DNA of 63,382 nt, filler included. It is 3 parts of 3 records of this genome, joined end to end, with 100 filler letters (N's around TTAATTAATTAA, not from the genome) between each part and the next. Parts side by side here need not be neighbours in the genome. Positions count along the whole stretch, not along the records: positions 55,891 to 63,382 come from DRR378314_136; 2 more parts are not named here. The stretch is one strand, 5' to 3'. Made by a program: the position numbers and the translations under genes. Below, piece by piece: positions 58,193 to 63,382 of the stretch (the first letter of the stretch is position 1; each line of letters starts with the position of its first letter). The notes below the pieces were generated by a model. That model saw only the letters and a list, made by a program, of their open reading frames with translations. It had not been told where the DNA came from and searched no databases.

Positions 58193-60819
58193 TCAGCCTT
58201 CAAACACGGGCTCGGCAGTGCTGAGCCTCGCCTCGTCGGCGTCGGACAGTGCGAGGAGCAGACCGAGTTCCTTGTGCCACTCGTATATTCCTGCATATTC
58301 GCAAGCACAACGACAACCAGGCGTGTTAACACAAAGCAGAGAGATACTCTCGAAGCGCGCTGCCTGTCCACTACTACGCACACAAGCGCGCAGAGATTCT
58401 CGGCTAGCCGGCGCGCCGTATTGCGCTGGTTGGGAAGTCAGTGTGCGAAGAGCGCTGGGTCTGGATCTTTGCTGAGCGACGACGACACTGCGAGCGCGCA
58501 GCAGTCCCGTGAACCGCAGCACCGATCCCCACGCAGTTGATCGACACCGCACGCTGCATCCTTGGCGTATAACACCGCACACTTCTCGCACTGTAGAGAG
58601 CTGCTACAGCACGCAGAAGAGAATCGCCTTGATCACCTGGAGCACCGTGATGGTGCTCGCGCTCCGCAGCTGAACGCGACCACAGCGCACGCGGGGAGCA
58701 CTGGCGAGCTCCGTACCAACGGATGGGTACTCTCCAAACTCGGTATCGTTTTCGCTAGCAAGCGCCAGCGGGACTGCAAGAGGGAGAAAGAGAGCAACAA
58801 AAAAAAAGGGAGTGAGAGGCAAAGGGGGAGAGGCCTAGAGAACTCGCTGCAGCGTATTCGGCATCGGGCGGACGCGGAGTGCACGAGAGCCGCCCGGAAC
58901 AGCCAGGAAACGGACAGCGCGAGCGCAACGCCAGAAGCAGAATGAAGCGGCGAGTAGTTCTTCCTAGCGCCACATGTTCTGCGTGCTCACTTTCCGCGTA
59001 CGAAGCGTACCCCATGAAGGCTTAAAGTCGAGCATGATGTGCTCCATAGCGGGCGGCTTCGGCTGCTCCGACAAACGCAACCAGTACAGCACCGACCAAG
59101 AAGCAGTGGACAAACCAGCGTCAATAGCAGTGCAAGCCCAGCATAACCTCTATCACATCTCGGCGGAATCGTTTCTTAGTTGTGATTCTGCTTGATGGCA
59201 GCGCAGAGTGAGAAGAGCGAATCAACGCTCTTCCCAGTTCCATCGCGAGGAAGCTCTCCTTCGGGTGAGAGTGCAGCGGATACGAGCCCGCACTCGCTGC
59301 TACTCTTGTCAACAAACGCCACGTACCAGCTCGGTATCAATTGCACTAGCGTACACGTATGTATTGTTCGGGTAGTTTTTGTTATGGATAAACAGGTGAG
59401 ATCCACAGTGTCTGCAAAAGTGGCGCTAACCCAACCAAAACGGGCAACCAGGAGCGAGCAAACGGAAAGAGCAGAAGGACAACAACGTCAAGGCTGCCAG
59501 AAATGGACAACAGACAAAACTCCGCTACACTTAAAGTCCACATTCATCCAGCGTATGGGTACAAAATTGAGATTGCGTTTGCCCTCAAGAAATGGTCCGT
59601 ACACACCAGAGCTCGCTCATCCACTACATAATAACAATAATGGAAACGTAGTGCTCGTGCCGCGTTGTCGCAGTACCTTCTATCACGCGTGCACGAGCAA
59701 GCGGCTGACGATACACAGCACGGTTCGTTCCTCACCTAATTACCCCTTAGTCACCCTAGAAACATTTACATTCGATGAAAAGATAACGACGTAAAAAAAT
59801 ATTTTGCTCCTAAATTCAACGGCTGTGGAACGGGTCGCGAGTGTAAGCTTACCCGATTGCCGGACCGCTCTTCGTCCTGCAGAGAAAGCACCATCCCAGA
59901 GAACCAGACGGAAACAGCGCTAGGAAGAGGTATGAGCACAGAAGAAAGACAAGACTCTTACGGCGCGCACAGTTCTTCTAATCAATATCACCGACCCTCC
60001 ACCATAGTAACATACACAAAAATAATACGATGTCATCGTACCGCGGCCTCTTTCCCCGCCACCGTATCGTTCTTGCGCGCTGCGTAGACCTGTAGGTGCG
60101 AAGCGCCTGCAGAGTGCGCACAACACGCACGAAACGAGCAAACCCGTCACGGCATTGCTGATAAGAAACCAACAGTTGACAGTCGATCGAACACAATGCG
60201 TGCTCTCGTGCCGTATTTTTCATGACCTACGCTTTCAAAATAACGTAGACGTAGAGAGCAATATATTGCCCTGGTGCAGCAAGGAGAGAAAGGAGAGGAA
60301 ACAGCAACCTCGTTCTTCTTTGCCGGTTTCTTCGGTATCCGGTACGGATTTCGTTTATCGATCTCTTACTCCAGTATGTTGATTTGATAAATGGAAGAGT
60401 GATACATGTGCCAGCTGCACGACCGACACGCACCGCTGACATGCATAGTTCGCCAGTCTGCCAACAGATTGTTCCCCGTTCCGCCTCCGCCCTGAACTTT
60501 CCGACAGAGTGTACAGTAACACATCTGTAGAAATGAATCATTCAGGTGACAAGTTCGGGAAACGGTACGTGTGAGCGCTCCGCTACGATCGTGCCGCTTA
60601 TCCAGTGCACAACGGTCTCACCAGACCAGCGCGCAGAACGCAACGACAAGACCGAGCTGCCAGCGACCCGGAAGCGAGCAAAAACGGAAAGGGCGACCAG
60701 AAGCATCCGGACTCCCTCTCCGCCCATTCCTCTTGGACACGCACCATGAATGGGTACGGTGTCCACGATGTTACTGTGAACGTTATGGCTTTGCAGTGGC
60801 ACGATCCGCGGAGTTCCAT
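58193..60819 (-). CDS. Spliced GFA/CENP-V-family Zn protein gene. Exons 60819-60745, 60524-60434, 60106-60042, 59876-59853, [one unresolved], 59411-59327, 59062-59011, 58773-58717, 58290-58193
   Basis: GT-AG exons give GSCHC..TPYPFM MCYCTLCRKVQGGGG..HCGSHLF..ASAIDTEL PKPP..HIMLDFKPSWV..FGEYP..IYEWHKELG. All junctions are phase-compatible except 59853 to 59411. Confidence 0.82.
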
Positions 60820-61552
60820 GGCTGTGTTGGTGGCGGCGCGGCTCGCGTGCGGAGATTGTATGCTCTTGCGGAGCGCACGCAAGCGCGTGCCGCCTCAGAC
60901 CGCCGAAGCACTCCGTAACGGCGCGCTGTAGTAGCATGAAGAGGACGGTGCACGGTGGAGAGCGGCGAGCGAGCGAGCGATTCGCGCGCTCCGCGTAGTG
61001 CTGTGACACGCCGTGGCAGCGGTGCCGCAACCGTGGAACCTCGCAACGGCAAGGAGGACACAGCCGCACGCAGGGCAAGGACTCTTCGTTTGCGAAACGA
61101 GCGAGTGCGCGCGGGATGGCACTGCCGCTCATACTGGAATGCGACGCGGTTTCCACGCGGCTACGCGCGCGTGGTGGCGGTTGTGGAGCGGAACGCGGCG
61201 CACGCGAGCGTGCAAGGTCGCACAGGGAGCATCGAGAGCCACAGAGAGCGGTACGAGCGCTTCTTTCACGAGCGCAGCCGTGACATGCATCTCGGAGCAT
61301 GGACTAGCGTATGTGCTATGGCAGAGGGGTTTGGGAAAGAACCGAGTGCGCTTTTTGCGCGCTATTGCCGCGATCCGTGTATTCGCACGGAAGTAAAGAA
61401 CAGGGAGCAGGAAAGCTCAAGTCCGCGCCGCACAACCGTCGCGCAGTACGCGAGCGGCTCCCGCGCGCACTTTGCCTCCGCACACACACGCAAACGGGGA
61501 ATCGACCGACACTGCAACACCCACTTTGCACAGTACACCTTGATGACAGCGC

Positions 61553-63224
61553 TTAATCGTCGCCATCTTGCCCTTGCGCCCTTGTCTCGCTCAGCACAGA
61601 GGCAGAGTGCCGCAAATATTCCTGCAATTCCTCCTCGGACGTAATGACCTGCAGTATCCGAGTCCGTCGTGTAACGAAATCATGTCCCCCCCCAAAAAAA
61701 AACAAGACAGATGAGGAAAACACAGTGGTATACCTCGCAGCCCGGACGCATCGATCCTCGTTGGATCCTAAACACTCTCCCGAGCACGTGCGCGCGCCGG
61801 TTTCGCTGCTCGCACGAGTGGGTGCAACGGAAACCCCTCACCACTCTCCTTCAGCACCAAAGCATGGGGCTTTCGTGCTTTTTCACAACGTACGGCACAA
61901 CACGCGTATTTACCACGCTTTGCACGACAGTAGCGTACCTGGAGGCGAACTTCCAAGTCACCGCTCACTCGCGATTTGATGGAGCGTCTCTGCAGTCCGT
62001 ACCATTGCGATGAGCCGCTGCACCGAGCACGGGGCCAAGGACGTAACCGAAGCGGGATGAGCGCGTACACGCGCGGTACAACCTCGCGCGCAGGTAACGG
62101 TACAGAGGGTCGGCGAGGGAAACTGCGGGTGCGCGGTAACCCCGATCGTGGGATTCGTGCACGAGCACGGCGCGAGCGAGACGCCGCCCCGTACCCGTCA
62201 CGCACGCACAGCAGCTGTCGCGTAGCTGCGGACGCGGATAACGTACGCTGCACCAGTGGCGAGAATTCCCTTGAGCGGGATCTTGACCGTGCCGAGGAAA
62301 CTCTTTGTGAGACTTGATCCGAACAGCTGCTTGTGCCACACCGTGAACTTGACGGCATCACGCGACGAATCCATAGAACGGAACACAAATGTCTACAACC
62401 GAACAAGCGCACGAGTGGAGCGTACATTAAAGCAACGAGTGTGGTATGATTCGCACGATGTACCGCAAAAGACTCTGATAGTGTCCACGCGTGCGCTTCT
62501 CAGTACTGGTGCTACGTTTATCAGCGGTACGTGGAAGAGGGAGAGAGAGCACATCGATTCACAATCGGAAGAGCGAGCTCGAACACGAATGATACATGAT
62601 GAACAAGCGCCCATACGACCAGTAGCCTGTACAACTCCACCCTTCAGCAGGATCGCGGTCTTGCGCCCTGTACGGAACGCGATGGATACGGCGAGCGAGT
62701 GCATAACGGTTGCGCGAGCAGAGATGCCGCTCTCCCGAGTACCAGGCAACCGAGAAAAAAAACATGGATTTCCCCAGATCGCACCTCGTTCCATCTTGGG
62801 TTCAGATCCCGTTTCCACACATGAGTCATAAACCGCTCCTTTCCCTCTATCTTCACGACGCAGTACGGATTCGATGTGGCGCCGCTGAAGCGAAAACGTT
62901 GTACGAAAGCACAGAGTAACATCGACATTGACGTGAATCATGAGCAATACTGACACAGACATGAACAACTCGCCCTCGTTCTCCTCGTTCTCCCCGACGA
63001 AACGGTAATCTACTATGCGCCGTAACTCCGCTCCCGCCTGCGATGTAGTCCATGCCACAGCATTCGAAGCAGAATACACGCACTACGCCTCGTACGCACG
63101 CCATTGTCACTCCCAGTGGAGCAATTGAGAGCGACAAGCTCGCACAATACACGTACTCGCTTGATTTCGCAAACAAGCTCCGAGCCCCGCATACTGTAAC
63201 CGCCAATGCGCGGTATCGCTTCAT
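61553..63224 (-). CDS. Spliced single C2-domain protein, about 162 aa. Exons 63224-63157, 62884-62785, 62392-62247, 62017-61939, 61648-61553
   Basis: All four introns are GT-AG and phase-consistent. The product reads LAVTVCGARSL..SNPYCVV..LNPRWNETFVF..VKFTVW..FLGTVKIPL..WYGLQRRS..VSGDLEVRL. Confidence 0.85.
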
Positions 63225-63354
63225 CGAAGCTTTCTGCACTCGAATATAACAGACGACAACGGCGCGACGCCCGGATGCGTACAAGGGGGTAAGTATGTGA
63301 ATACCACCTCGTATTCACGTGCGTTAGAGCGAGTAAGTGAGCGCGAGAGACACG

Positions 63355-63382
63355 TGAGAGAGAGAGAGAGAGAGAGAGAGAG
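63355..63382. repeat. (GA)n microsatellite at the contig end
   Basis: GA run to the end of the window. Confidence 0.92.

Noticed and set aside
55791..63382. Eukaryote-to-bacterium HGT or endosymbiont insertion
   Set aside because: The junction is an artificial spacer and no physical linkage is shown.

Overview
This window is not one genomic locus. It is three unrelated contigs joined by two artificial 100-bp spacers (44 N + TTAATTAATTAA + 44 N at 30373-30472 and 55791-55890). Segment 1 (1-30372) is a GC-rich alphaproteobacterium, inferred to be Caulobacterales/Hyphomonadaceae-like (UrcA, CC_3452-like and TonB-receptor genes). It runs from partial rplK with its L1-binding leader to partial carB. 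It includes csp, two M48 peptidases, a BON/OmpA plus acidic HhH-protein pair, RNA methyltransferases, a TBDR, an orphan OppA, MscS, tnaA and a PLC-like/DUF4332 fusion. It also carries several putative EcfG/sigmaT promoters and an unannotated GsrN-like sRNA candidate. Segment 2 (30473-55790) is a Roseobacter-group-like contig: pit, ugpBAEC, rsgA, a TAXI-TRAP/CoA-ligase/ThDP-enzyme operon, tctCBA plus a Tm-1-like gene, and gap-edd-eda. Segment 3 (55891-63382) is eukaryotic with GT-AG introns. A multi-exon GFA-family gene and a five-exon C2-domain gene were reconstructed by hand, and one Chorein_N exon was identified. No CRISPR array, tRNA, rRNA or mobile element is supported. The best novelty candidates are non-coding (the sRNA at about 17283-17397, the tnaA leader, the tandem 60-bp element) and several uncharacterised gene modules. 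All family assignments come from motif recognition, not database searches.
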